The position numbers and the translations under genes are program-made. This document shows positions 13,800 to 26,471 of a stretch of 64,000 nucleotides of DNA, piece by piece (positions within the stretch are counted from its first letter, which is position 1; each line of letters begins with the position of its first letter). The notes beneath the pieces were generated by a model, which saw only the letters and a list, made by a program, of their open reading frames with translations, had not been told where the DNA came from and ran no database searches. Where the stretch lies: positions 3,279,060 to 3,343,059 of the forward strand of contig NW_003314269.1 in assembly GCF_000143415.4 (NCBI RefSeq), written 5' to 3'. Origin of the DNA: Selaginella moellendorffii. Lineage: Eukaryota; Plantae; Lycopodiophyta.

Positions 13800-15785
13800 T
13801 CAATACGTCCAGAGCGACTCGAGATCGACTGCCGAGGAGCCAGCGGCGGCGGCGGCGGCAGCGGCCGCAGCACGGTAGAGTGATGCGTTGGGAGTGGCAA
13901 CGGTGGAGTGATCGAAGCTGTAAGGAGCGGTGGCATCGTTCATCCAAGAGTTTTCCCGTCGTAGAGTCGACGAGGGGTTGGAGGAAGAGGTATGCTCGTC
14001 GTGAAGGTTGAAGCTAGCAATGCTGTTGTAGTGATGGCGATGATTTTGCTGTTCTAACTGTTGGTGTTGGTGGTGGTTTTGTTGTTCCAGGCCGAGAAGC
14101 GAGCAAGTGAGAGGCTCCATCTTGGCCTGCTTCATCACTCCCTCGTCGAAGAAGCCAAAGCCGGTGTGGTGGTCGAAAGAGGAAGGCAACGGGAACCTCG
14201 CGAAGTCGACCATGCTCTTGCCGAGAACTTGGAAGGCTTGGGTGGAAGAGTCGGCGGCGTCGAGCGCGGGCATGCACGAGGAGTCGAGATGTGGGGACTC
14301 GAGCAGGGGCGGGAGTGACGAGTGCTCGTCCGAGTGCTCGCACAGTCCGAGGTTGGATTTGCTGGTGGTGGAGGTGGTGGCGGTGGTGGCGGTGGTGGGG
14401 GCGATGCGAGACTCCTTGTACGAGATCAAGCCTTTCTTTCCCCCGGGGCTCTTCTGGAAGATCCGGCACACGACCCACTCCGAGTCCTGCAAGGAAAAAA
14501 ATTTAACTTCGGACTGTCAGTCTCCCGGTCGATCGAATGGAAAGAATGCTTCTTGGAAATCATGCCATAAATCAGACAAGCAATCAAATCGAGAGCACGA
14601 ATTGGATCCACGATTGAGTGTGGAGGGAGAGAGAGAGAATTAATTATCCCCTCTCTCTCCTCCTGGAGTGATGTTCTTAGTTTTTTCCCTTTAAAGGCCT
14701 TGTTTTGTCGCCCCGTGTGCTGTCTCTATGTGTGTCTGTCCATGACTCCCATCATCAGGGCCTACAAAAAGAGAGAGTCGAGTGCTACGCTACTGGATGG
14801 AGCAACAACAAGAAAGAGAGCGGCCAAAAAAACAAAAAGACGATCCCACACAAAAAGTAAAACATTCCTCCTCTCGCTGCAGTAGGAAAAGGGAGAAGAA
14901 AATCCAGGAGATGGAAATCTATGCCCTGAGCACAAGAAATCTAGCCACCGCAAGCACTGCAATCTATGGAAGAGAAAATGAAGGATTTGAGTGAGCAAAG
15001 TGATCACCTTGGATGTTCTTGAGTTGTGGAGGAAGGCCGCCTCGCCCTCGAGCCTGTACTCGTGCATGATCCAGTTGGTCTTGACGCCCTTGGGAGCTCT
15101 CCCTCGGTAGAAGACGAGCGTTTTCTTGGCGCCAACGAGTGTGTTTGAGGAGGAATTGGTGGTGGAATTGGCGGAAGTTCGTGTGATATCGCGGTCTTTG
15201 CCAGTGGCTTTCCAGTATCCGGCCTCGGTGGCTCGGTTTGTGCGCATTCCCGTAGGATACTTTCGGTCCCGCAGCGTGAAGAAGTACCATTCCTTCTCAC
15301 CCATCTTGGCCTTGTCTGTGTGGAGCAAGAGCCAAAAACGAAAGTGTTAGTAGTGCTCACGGACTCCAAGAAATAGATAGCATCTAGCCAAGATTATGAG
15401 AAACGATGCATAGAATCGCAAGAACAGGAGAAATTCCAAGACCCTCTATCACGAGAAGCGCGTCGCTCCAATTTTTCAACACGGCACGAAAACTCGAGAA
15501 AGAAGCATGAAAAGAGGAACGAACTCCCACTTCTTCCCAAGAAGAATGAATCAAATGCGAATGAATGGAGAGCTTGGAAGTGTTCTTACCTGGCAGCTCC
15601 CATGGTTCGTTCTTGTTTAGATCCACGTCTTGGATGGCACGAACGCTAAACTTGTTATTCTCCACCTTCTTGATCAAGTAGCAGTCGATGAGCTCCTCGT
15701 CCGTGGGGTGGAATCGAAAGCCTGGAGGAAGCAAAGGCTCGTTCCTCCGGGAGGAGCTACTGGAATTAACACCGCCTCCCTCCAT
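13800..15785 (-). CDS. NAC transcription factor, NAM/CUC-ORE1-like clade; exons 15785-15590, 15315-15008, 14486-13800
   Basis: [71 protein letters not shown] and [11 protein letters not shown]-terminal LPPLLES and LESLWTY motifs. Confidence 0.93.
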
Positions 15786-18700
15786 AGCTTAGCTTGATCC
15801 ACAAGAAAACGAAAATCTTCCAAGCGAGAGAGAGAGAGAGTGTGTGTAGAGTTGAAGAGGGGTGAGAGGAGAGATCTATCAATTCTATAGAGAGTCTCTA
15901 CAAACTACACAGTATATGGAGGCTCTCACACCAATTTGATGCGCCTAAGATGATACCAAGCTCACACCTATGAATGAAGAAGCCATGATCACAGCTATGA
16001 AATTTGCAACCGGAAATTTCCAAGGAAAATCTCTCGCCTTTTCCTTTCTTTCTGCCTTGAAATATGGATTGGAATCAAAGATCGAGTGCCTCTCTCCGCT
16101 CACTCCCACCTCTCTATGACGAGTGAAGGAATGAATGCACGACCAAAGCTCAAATGGATGGAGAAGTGTTAAATATAAGAAAGTGAGAGGAACGAGAAGC
16201 ATGTCAAGGCACGCGCAAGCCCATTCCGCCCGCCGCAGGATGGAAACACGTGTCCGCATCGTCGTCAACAGGCCTTACGGCGCGGAATTGGGGCCTCGTT
16301 CACACTTTCGTACGCACACTTCACCCCCTGCCGTACGTTGCTCAAAAAATTCCAGTTATTTTACTATCTGCTTGTCAATAATTTTAATTCTGTGTTAATG
16401 GTATTAGTTAGAACTAGAAAGAAATTGGGAGCAGTGCTTGGTGATTGTTCATTCCAATTGTCTGGGAAAGAGTAATTCATTGTTGCCACTCCAAATGGAT
16501 GCGTAAAAAGATGATGATGGTCATGATGATGATGGTGTGATGACCGGATACATGCATGGGACCATTGCCCGGCGGCGATGCTCATGCATGGGGCCATGGC
16601 ATGGGATGGCCCACATTCAAAGCGTTCTTCCCAGGAGTTTTAGAGTGTCTGGTCGCGGTTGGGCTCGTGTCCCTCGTTTGATCCAACAAGACCTACTGCT
16701 ACATCTCCGCTTTTGTGCTCCAAAACTCCAGTGTTTGCATTGCCACAAGTCAATACACTACTCGCCTATTTCTTCTTCGCACCCTGGCCAACCAGCACCA
16801 TTTGCTTTTGTAGATTAAAAGCTTGGGAAAAACAAAGATAAAGAAGGATTTGTCTGGCCAATTCCAATTCAAGCTCTTTCAGGCTTCTCTTTCAGGCTTG
16901 TCATTCTATAAACAAGGCGATTGGGGCGTTTTGTTATCCGACTGTTGCTCCAGCTCCTAAAAACCAGAGACAAACAACATGCATGGGAGCTTGGAATTTC
17001 TTAACGTTCTTTTCCACGCATACCCCCCGTCACCTTTTCATTCTTTTCTTTCGTTGTTTCTTCCGATATCGATATATCCACACACTCACCGCCTTTGTTT
17101 ATTCTTCCGGGCCGCGGCAAGGAACAAGGAACAAGTTGTCACAAAACGAAAACGAACGATGCCCTGCTTCTCGGCCAGGAATGTAGGGGGAGTTTGAAGA
17201 GGACAACGTCCCGGCCCCTCATCCGGACCCGCCTCTCATCTCGGAGCCCTGTGTTGTGTGAGAAGCAAGCAACAGCTCCACCTTTTTAAATACAAAAAAG
17301 CCACGAAAAAACTTACGGTTTTCGCGTTTTGTTTATGGGATCGCCGTCACAAAGAATGGTATCCGCTACTCCAACTTCCATCCCACAATCGAATCGGATC
17401 GCACCCCTCGCGCACACTGCTGTCTGCGAGAAAAAAGATGGATAGATAAATCAGTGCAACTCCAAAGCTCGTGGAAGGAAAGGAGGGGACAAAGATCGGG
17501 TGCATTCATTGCTCGGGAGTGCTCTACCTCGTGCAGATTAAAATACATTACAGGTACCGCGGTTTTATCCACTCTACCTCCTTTGCATTCTCTCTCCCTG
17601 CCAAGAAAACAAAAAAAATAATGGAGTTGCTTCATGGAGAACATTACCTCTAGTTTTTCCATGGGGTTGATATTAATCATTGGCTCTCTGGAATTTTGGC
17701 AGAAGAATGGCCACTCGTTTGCTAGCTGTGCGAGTTGTTTGTCAACTCTGCCGCTCATCGGCTGCTGTCTCGCCTTGGTTTTTCTATAGCTCTAAGAAAA
17801 AAAGCCACGAGAAGTTACTGACACAAGGGAAGATTAAAAGAGATACGTACCGAGGAAGTCTACCACCCGGCGAGGGTCCCCTCTGAATCATGTAGGGAAC
17901 TCGTCCTCGCATATGTCGACTGGTTCGCATCAGCATGAGCTACAACATAACACAAGTGAGATTTCGTCTCTATGAGTAAAGATCATTGCTTGGCGAGCAC
18001 AACATGAACGTAGCAAAGATCTTCAAAGACGGACACCTTTCATGTGGGGCGATGGAAATGTGACTTCGAAGTCTCGCAAACCCGCATACAAACAAGGTTT
18101 CTGTATAGGACAGCGAAGCTTAGAGCATCTAGATCCTGGATATCTAAATGCTTACAGACATGCATGCAAAGGGAAAGCTTGCAAAAAAAGCCTCTACTGG
18201 CACGTATGATTGGATTGGAGTTCGATGAACTTCCAGCAGCCTGTAGAATGAGCCAGATGCAATACTCTAATGCTGGAAGCAAAGCGTTGAAAGTGAGGTG
18301 TAGAGAAAAGCTGTCCACAAAAGCTTTGGGATAACGGCATCTCTGTGAGCTCGATACCGTATGCCATGAACATGGCATGAAAGTTGAAAAAGAAAAAACA
18401 TGGACAATTAAAAAACTCTCGCGTAAAAACGGAAAGAAATACCTGAGTTCGCAGTTTTCCACTGAAACACATCCCACGTCCAAACGGCACAGGTGTCTAA
18501 TCCGAACGGAAACAAAGGGGTCAGCAAAATCGACCTGTACGGGACTCGCTCGGCCCCGAGAGCAAAGGAAGACAGTAACAAACTTTGATACCCCGCAGTG
18601 GTCCAGGTAGAGCGAAAGCAACAACGCACCGCTCGACATCTTAAATGAAGTCGACAGCCGCCTGCGCCCGATGGATGCTTACAGTCCAGCCGGTGGAATT

Positions 18701-19124
18701 ATTACGCAACACATATCGCAGTCAGGGATCGAGATCAAGTAACCAAAAATGTTTCTTTCACTACACGTCTCTAGAAACTCTGCAAAAACAAACAAAATAG
18801 AAGAAAAAAGGAATGAGAAAAGCATCAACGAATAGGGAAAAATCTTCTTAAAAAAACAAAAAGAAGATAAGGAATGAGAAATGAGAAAAGAAGGGAATAA
18901 ACTCTAGAAACTCTTCTAAGAAAGAACAAAAAGAAGATAAGGAATGATGAATGAAACAAAAAAACAAAGAAGCAAAAAGAAAGGAAAATTTATGAAAGCC
19001 ATGCAATGCAGTCACTGCCTACGTTGCCGAAAGAGATAGAACACCGAAAGAGAGAGAGAGAGCGAGCGAGGGAGAGCGCGTACCCGAAGGGGAGAGAAGC
19101 TGTGTACGGAGAATCAACGGCGTT

Positions 19125-19210
19125 TGTGGGGCCCACGTGGCCGCCAATCATTTGACGGGGGCCGGCACGCACAATTCCATGGGACACGTGGTGCCGACAC
19201 GTGTCCCTCA
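19125..19210. promoter_or_regulatory. Cluster of G-box/ABRE (CACGTG x3), DRE core (GCCGAC) and CCAAT
   Basis: CACGTG at 19134, 19185 and 19198; CCAAT at 19144; GCCGAC at 19193. Confidence 0.45.
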
Positions 19211-20267
19211 TATCCTCCTTTGTCAAAGTTTCTACGCTGGTTGATGCACCACACTGCGTGCATGGCCGCTGGAAAGAAGCTTCCAATCTTCTCTCGTTGG
19301 CAGGCAAGAGTTTCGTTCGTTCTCTGCGAAGTGGAAAAGAAGAAGAAGAACGAAGACACGCTGGATTAGTTCTATCCTGTCATGGCACAAAAGCGTGAAG
19401 TACCTGAGAGAGCCGAGCGTGGAATTTTCTTCGTCTCTTCACCTGTTCAAAGGCCACGGCGAGAAGCAGCGCGCAAAACTAAGTACCTGGAGACTGGCTG
19501 GATCAGCAACACCAGCAAACGAATGGTGCAAAGCATTTGGTCCTCTGGAAGCCAGTCGCCCTCACGCACTTTAACCGATCTAGCTCCGAAATAGCTCTGC
19601 GTCAGTGTTGTATGAAACAGCTCTTTGTCCACTTAGACGGCGTGCTGGTGCTGCACAAGATAGCAGTCGAGGAGATAAGGGCAGCAGAAACAAAAAAAGA
19701 AGAGTGAAACAAAAAAGGACGTTTCTCACATTACCTGGCTTGACTGACGGAAGAAAGTCGACCAGTCTTCCGTGAACTTCAGACGCACGAAGTTTCTACT
19801 GGATTAGTGAGAAGCAACTTCTTCTCAAGTTCCCATCGTGATTCCGAGGGAGGTGATTAACATGATCGCAAAGCGTAGCTCCTGCATTAACCTTTCAAAC
19901 ACGACCTTGACCAGCAAGAAACACCCAGCCGCACAGAATCGCATTTCTACTCAGGTCATCACATGCAGAGCCCTCTGAAAAAGCCAGGATTTGACAACAA
20001 AAGGCTGAGACACACCACGCCCCAATCATGCAACGCAGAAATGCTTGACCGAGTCAGTTTCCAAAAAAATACATTTCGAGTATCCTCCCTGGAGACAACT
20101 TGCAATATACATACCACTCTTTTTGACACGCAAATCGAAGTCTCAGGCCACGTCCACAAAACTGCGACCGTGATATTGATGGTGTCCGGAGCTGCAATGA
20201 AAGCGAATGATTCAATGGTGATGTTTAAGGTATATCACGCTGGAGATACCCACCATTTGTCGAGTAT

Positions 20268-21161
20268 CTAGGCAGGATCATTCGCGCTGGTCTCTTCTTT
20301 TGATTGATCCGAGGAGGCATCTTCCCCTTCCGTTTCTCCAGGTCCCCCGCTATTCGCTAAAACTGCCGCGATTGGATTTGTAGCTTCTTCCAAAAGAGCA
20401 TACAAAAGCCTCAGAGCCTCTTTGCGATTGTCTTCGCGTTTCTCAAACCTGCATCGCGAAAACAGGTTTCAGGAAAACAGAAAACCGAGAACTCATAGAT
20501 CAGAAACATACCTGTCACAAGTGATGGTGAGCTCGTCAAATGCTGGCTCGTATCGGCGATCGACCAAGTCAAGTAGGCGCCTCCGTTGCATTGGCTTGAG
20601 ACGAAAGTCGCTGACACGAACTTTCAACTTCACCTTGCGATTGAGAGGATGCCATGAAGTGCCATCGTATGGAAAAACTATGCAAGTCTCCCACGTTAGA
20701 ACAGGGCCTTTGCCTATTGGAGTCGATCGTGGTTTTTCCTTCTTTTCGTCCGGCCTCAGTGAAACATCATCCTCTGCAAGAGAATTTAGAATCAGAAACT
20801 CGAGCGAAAACATAAAGATCGAAGAATGTAGCTTACTCGCTATCATATTGAAGAACGTTGGATGCTCGAGCCACTTATCAATCTCTCTGCGTGCACTATG
20901 GACGCGTTGCAATTCTCCCGCGTTGGATTCATCCAGGCCAAACTTCAGCAGCTTCTTCGGCTTCTTCCGTTTGAGCTTGGCAGACGCTGGATCCATTCTT
21001 TCAATCAATATTCCAGAATTCCCGGCGCAACATGCATAGAAACGCTCACCTTTCTCGACCGCAGCTAGATCGCTCGCCCCCGGCGCCTCATCGAGCAGGA
21101 TCGATCGCGTGGAAATCGCCCGCGCCCCCTGCAATCGCTTCCACAGCGCTAGTCCTCGCAT
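20268..21161 (-). CDS. Mitochondrial small-subunit ribosomal protein mS35 (S24/S35 family), spliced
   Basis: Mitochondrial-type presequence MRGLALWKRLQGARAISTRS. Core GPVLTWET...WHPLNRKVKLKVRVSDF.L...RRRLLDLVDRRY....DELTITCDRFEKREDNRKEALRLLYALLEEA after removing short introns. Confidence 0.85.
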
Positions 21162-21235
21162 TTTCTCATCAAGCCCTAAACCCTAGCGAAGCCCTAAACT
21201 AGTTTCTATATTGGGTGGTTACAAAGAAAGGAAAA
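21162..21235. promoter_or_regulatory. 74-bp bidirectional promoter region with telo-box motifs
   Basis: Head-to-head ATGs at 21161 (-) and 21236 (+). The gap contains aagccctaaaccctagcgaagccctaaa. Confidence 0.6.
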
Positions 21236-21688
21236 ATGGCATTGCTTGTTAAGTCCTGGCTATGGCGCTCTCCCGCCGCTGACGAGGATTCCATCCCCAG
21301 AAGAAGATTTCGATCTCCTAGAGCAGCCGCTGCCGCCGGCGCCCCATCGCCACAGGTATGCGCGCTGGAATTTCTCTTGCTTTCTCGCCCGAAATTTCCA
21401 GAATCAGGTCTTCCCAGAGGTGAATCTTCCTTGCGATGCTTGCGACGGCCGCGGCTGGACGATCTGTAGCTTCTGCAATGGCCAGAAGACGAACGTCCAA
21501 GTGAGGAAGAGCCGATTCTACCGCCGCTGCCCTTCCTGCAAAGCTGTGAGTGCGAGAATAGAATTTTGCCCTCTTTTGCTGAGCGATGAATCGACGCACA
21601 GGTTGGAGCTACGCTTTGCTCTTACTGCCGAGTCTTTCGATGCATTACATTTCCAAATGAAAGCGATGGAACCTTAGGCCTACAGTGA
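21236..21688 (+). CDS. Small DnaJ-type cysteine-rich zinc-finger protein, 3 exons
   Basis: Spliced product ...PCDACDGRGWTICSFCNGQKTNVQ...RRCPSCKA|VGATLCSYCRVFRCITFPNESDG with CxxCxGxG repeats. Confidence 0.8.
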
Positions 21689-21931
21689 TCGTTTAAGTTT
21701 AATTTGAGGACACACGTTGAGCTTGGAAGCTGCCACAGTTCACTCCGCGTGGCAAAAGGATCTCGTGGTAAGGCCAGAGCAGCAACGCATATCTAAACTT
21801 CCCGGGAGCAATAAGTGGTCAATTCCTTGCAAAGTTTTCTAAAGCCTTATATGTTCTTCGCTCTGTTTCTAGGTCTCACAACTTTTGGAGGGCGAAGGAG
21901 AGGGCTTGTTTGGATCGACCAAGCTACAGCA

Positions 21932-22636
21932 ATGGCGTCTCTCAAGGCAGTGTCAGTGACCCATGTCAGGTACGAGGTTGGCGACGATATTGGGCATATA
22001 ATGGCGTGGGCCTCGCTACTGCCCATTCTCATCTCAGCGGGATTCATCTCCCACTTCATCTTCCGGAGAGAGCTCCTGGCGATGTTCTTCGCCGCTGGGC
22101 TCATCATGTCCGAGTTTTGCAACGAGAAGATCAAGGAGGAGGTGAAGCAGGCCAGGCCACTGACTTGCGAGCTGCTCGAGATGTGCGACTCCCACGGTTG
22201 GCCTTCCAGTCACTCGCAGTACATGTCCTTCTTCTCCACATTCATCAGCTTGTCGGCGCTGTTCAGGTGGTCCTTCCACGGCTCGCTGAGAAGGGCGATG
22301 GTGGTGCTACTCCCGTGGCCTTTCGCGGTGCTCACAATGTACTCGAGGATCTACCTCGGCTACCACACAGTGTCACAGGTTTTCGCCGGGGCCGGAGCTG
22401 GCCTGGTGATGGGCAGCTTGTGGTACTTCGTGGTTTACAGATTGATGGTGCCGCTCTTCCCAGTGATTGAGGAGACGAGGATCGCTCGCGCCTTCTACAT
22501 CAAGGACAGCGGCCACATTCAAAACGTTCTCAAGTTTGAGTATGAGAACTCGCGGAGAGCTCGCAGGGGCGGGGCCACCGCCGATGGATCCAGCAAGCTC
22601 GTTGCTCCTCCGAGGAGCAAAGTCTCCATTGACTAA
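21932..22636 (+). CDS. PAP2-family dolichyl-diphosphatase / lipid phosphate phosphatase gamma
   Basis: LKAVSVTHVRY, KxxxxQARP, GWPSSHSQ and SRIYLGYHTVSQV are the PAP2 motifs C1-C3. Confidence 0.92.
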   Translation: MASLKAVSVTHVRYEVGDDIGHIMAWASLLPILISAGFISHFIFRRELLAMFFAAGLIMSEFCNEKIKEEVKQARPLTCELLEMCDSHGWPSSHSQYMSFFSTFISLSALFRWSFHGSLRRAMVVLLPWPFAVLTMYSRIYLGYHTVSQVFAGAGAGLVMGSLWYFVVYRLMVPLFPVIEETRIARAFYIKDSGHIQNVLKFEYENSRRARRGGATADGSSKLVAPPRSKVSID

Positions 22637-23298
22637 CTTTTAGTGTTAATGGGCCCTAGAAATTTCTAGGGTTCAGCTGAAATGAATAACTTAACTGGAA
22701 ACCTATGGAAATATTCTCTGACCTAAACTTGGGAGTGTTAAGTGTGTGCTCTCTTTCTTGTACGGCATGCCAAATGCTGTGACGAATCGATCAAACCTTC
22801 TGGGCCACAAGGACAAGAAGCCCACCTCCGTACGCCACCCCGGCCCTCATTACGTGACGGCTATGATACATCTATCAAAAACCATACGATCCATCCATCA
22901 TCCATGGAATATATTCCATGGGCAAGAAGGCTCAAAAAAAAAAAAAAAAACAGAAAAAAAAGAAGAAGATTCTTTTCCAAAGTGATGGTGTGATTTGTCG
23001 CGATACAAAAGAAGCTGTCGATTCATAGCACTCTTTTGTATGTTTGTGTGTTGTGTTGTTGAGAAAATGGGGCCATGGAAGGGGATTTGAAACTAGGCAC
23101 GCGGACGCCTGGAAGTGGGATATGCGGTGGAATCTACGTACGCAGTGTGGGCTTTTTTGCGTGACTTGTTTGGGTAAGTTTGAGGACACTTTGTCTGTCT
23201 CTTCAGCAGGGTGTACCTCCTGATCGGGCATGGCGAAACTTCTAGCGCGTAGTACTGGCCTTGGATTTTAGTGCGTGGATTTCCTCAAATTCAACGCA

Positions 23299-24526
23299 AT
23301 GGAGCTGGATCAGCACTGCAGCACTGGAGAGCAAAACCAGCAGCATCTAAGCTCCGATCAAGCTTCCGGCTCCTCCGATCAGCTGCAATTGCCGCCGGGA
23401 TTTCGATTCCACCCCACGGACGAGGAGCTCGTCGTCCACTACCTCTCCAGGAAGCTCGCGTCGCACAGCTTCAAGCCGCTTCCCATCGTCACCGAGGTGG
23501 ACTTGTACAAGTTTGATCCGTGGGAGCTTCCCCAGCAGGCAAGCTTTGGAGAAAAGGAGTGGTATTTCTTCAGCCCCAGGGACCGAAAGTACCCCAATGG
23601 AGTTCGTCCCAACAGGGCGGCCGCGTCCGGCTACTGGAAAGCCACTGGCACGGACAAGATGATCCACAGCTCCGCCGACGGCAGGAAGATTGGAGTGAAG
23701 AAGGCGCTCGTCTTTTACAAAGGACGAGCTCCAAAGGGCGCCAAGTCCAACTGGATAATGCACGAGTACCGTCTCGTGGATCCAAACAACAAGGCTCTCT
23801 TCGCCAGGAAGCGAGGATCACTGCGGGTTTGAAAGCCGCTGACTAGATATTGACTGTTTTTGACTATGTTTGACTTCCATGTTTTTTCAGCTGGACGACT
23901 GGGTGCTGTGCCGAATTTACAAAAAGAAGGCGAAAGCGTACAGCAGGGCGAGCGTGATTAAGAGTGAGTCGAGAAGGACGGGCAATGGGAGCACGGTGGA
24001 GGAGGATATGCTGGCGTCTCTCCCGGAGATTGGGATGGATGAGCAGCACGACAATTCGAGTGTGAGGAGGCTCGCAGCGAGCACCAGCAGTGACCCTTTT
24101 GTCCAGGCGCTGCTCTCCGGCGGTCAGGAGAGCTCGGCATCGCAAATCTTGAGCCTTTCCTTGGAGATGATGCGGAACAAGCAGCAGCAAAGCGTGATGT
24201 TCCCTGGGAATCGATCGACTAGCGGAGGAGGATCATGGCAATTTGGAAGCATGCTGCTCGATCCGAGCTCGCAGCCTGATATGTCAGCAGTGGGTTCCAG
24301 CACTGGAGTGGCGCTGCCGTCGAGCGCTTTGGAGGAGAGGCCAATCCATAGTACTTTGGAGCAAGATTTCCAGCATCAACACGAGGCTCTGGCATTTCCT
24401 CAAAACCAAGTCGTCCAGGATTTCATCTCGAGAACTCCAACTCCAACTCCACCCCTGTTGTTTCCCGGCTCAGGCAACAACGCCTTCCATCACCAAGTCA
24501 ACGTAGTCAACTATACTCAACTTTAG
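23299..24526 (+). CDS. NAC transcription factor, ATAF/NAP (stress NAC)-like; exons 23299-23826, 23891-24526
   Basis: [57 protein letters not shown] and GSLR|[12 protein letters not shown]. Confidence 0.93.
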
Positions 24527-25076
24527 CCATCCAGATTATTCCACGCCACAAGGCCATGTTATGATGAATCGGCTACTAGAAGCACCAAAGTCAATAACTT
24601 GAATGCGATGGCCGACGCTCCAGATCTCTCCACGTGTGATGTAAGCTCACGCTCCAGATTGGTCCCACTTCTAGCTTAGTTGTACGGTGGGACCGCGAGC
24701 GAAATTTTTTATTACGTACACGAAGAGAACGTTGGTCTCCCGCTCTTTCGGGAAGGGAAGAACCCAAATCCTCGCATCTCCCAGGCGGCGGCTCAAGGGC
24801 GTTTCCCTCACGAATCTTGCGTGAGCGCGAGGCGCTGCGTTACGGCGCCGGATCTTGCCGCGGCGCATCGAATTTTTGCGCGCTCAACGCCTCCATTTCC
24901 GGGTGAGTTCTTGCGCCAATCGCTCGAAATCTATCAAAATGCGGGTAATCCAGTGCTCTAGAGCTCCGTTCTTGTGCCTGGAGCGCGTTCTCTAGCTGCG
25001 TCGATCGGATTGCCCTGGCGGGGTATAGGGTTTGTTCGCAGCTGATAATCTCTTCTTTCTTTCTCGTGTAGGAACG

Positions 25077-26387
25077 ATGCCAGATCCATGGAAAAGGTCT
25101 TGCGAAGGCGCGGTGGCGATTTTATTATTTCTTGAGTGCTTGGCCATCACCTCAATGGCCCAGTCGTGCTCCAGGTCTCTCACTTTCAGCAACAGGACCT
25201 CCATGACCTTTACGACGTGCGTCAATCTTCCGTCACAGCAGGCCTCTCTCGCGTGGTCGTACAACGCTTCTGGAAACACGCTAGCCGTGGTTTTCTCCGG
25301 AGTGGCGCCCTCTTCCTCCGGATGGGTCGGCTGGGGCATAAACTTTGGAGCCAGGCCAGTGATGATCGGGACCAACGCTTTAGTCGCCTTCCAAGCTGGA
25401 AACGGGAGTAACTTGCTCGACTACAAGTTGACGGAAGAGACCCAGGCGCTGAGGCCACTTACGTGCAGCCCGATCGATCTCGTCGTCCTGGATCGGGCAG
25501 TGGTGATTCAAGAGCGAAACATGAGGCTCTACGCCTTGATCCAGCTCAGGCCAAATCAGACGAGGCTCAACCACGTTTGGAACCGGGGATCCAGTGTCAT
25601 CAACTTTAGTCCCCAGCAACACGCCCTCGGCACGAATGACTTGAACGGTAGAGGTGTTTTTGATATCACCTCCGGAGCACTTTTATCGTCACGTCCTCTG
25701 CATCAGAAGCTTAAGGAGGTATGTATTCTCTTCTCTTTTTGTTCCATGCTCGACTAAAGTTTTTTATTTGCAGGCTCATGGACTTATCAATGCTATTGGC
25801 TGGGGAATTTTACTCCCGCTCGGTGCCATGTTTGCTAGATACTTGCGACCTTTCCATGACAGCGCATGGTTTTGTCTCCACGTTCCGTTTCAGGTTAATG
25901 GCTACATTCTTGGTGTTATTGGCTGGGCTATCGGGCTTAGGCTCGGAAGCTACTCCGTCGGTGTAGTTTATCACAAGCATAGGAACATCGGGATAACTTT
26001 ATTTGTTTTCGGGACGCTCCAGGTAGTTCACATTGCTTTCCACAGTTTGAAGATGTAGAGCATTACTTTTCTATGGTCACTCAGGTTTTGTCGCTGATAT
26101 TGAGGCCAGGGCTCGATCACAAAGCACGTCCATACTGGAAAGTCTATCATCGCACTATTGGCTACCTGACGTTGCTCCTCGCGATCGTGAACATCTATAA
26201 AGGCCTCGATATTCTGGAACCGCACAACAAGTGGCGTCGTGCATACACCGGTATACTTGTGGTCCTCGCGGTCATCTCTTTGCTTTTGGAGGTCGCTACT
26301 TGGATGGTACACTTGAAGAGGAGGAAAGCCGAGAAAGCTGCCAAGCCTATTGCTACGAATGGAAGACACGACGGTATTGAAATCTGA
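25077..26387 (+). CDS. DOMON + cytochrome b561 protein (CYBDOM/AIR12-like), 3 exons
   Basis: Signal peptide; DOMON motifs SGWVGWGIN...MIGTNALVAF and NHVWNRG; b561 histidines AHGLINAIGWG, WFCLHV, KHRNIG and YHRTIGY. Confidence 0.92.
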
Positions 26388-26471
26388 TGTTTCATCAGGC
26401 TAATGTTTGGAATTTTCGTTTGTATATGGATTTGTTTTCTCTTTGAAAGCGCTCTCTTTAGTTTACAGTGT

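Noticed and set aside
14621-14663. GA/TC hairpin in NAC intron 2 as a miRNA precursor
   Set aside because: Short, low-complexity stem explained by opposing GA and TC microsatellites.
18040-18639. 199-aa ORF upstream of the NAC gene
   Set aside because: No domain-like features, atypical composition and no canonical ATG start.
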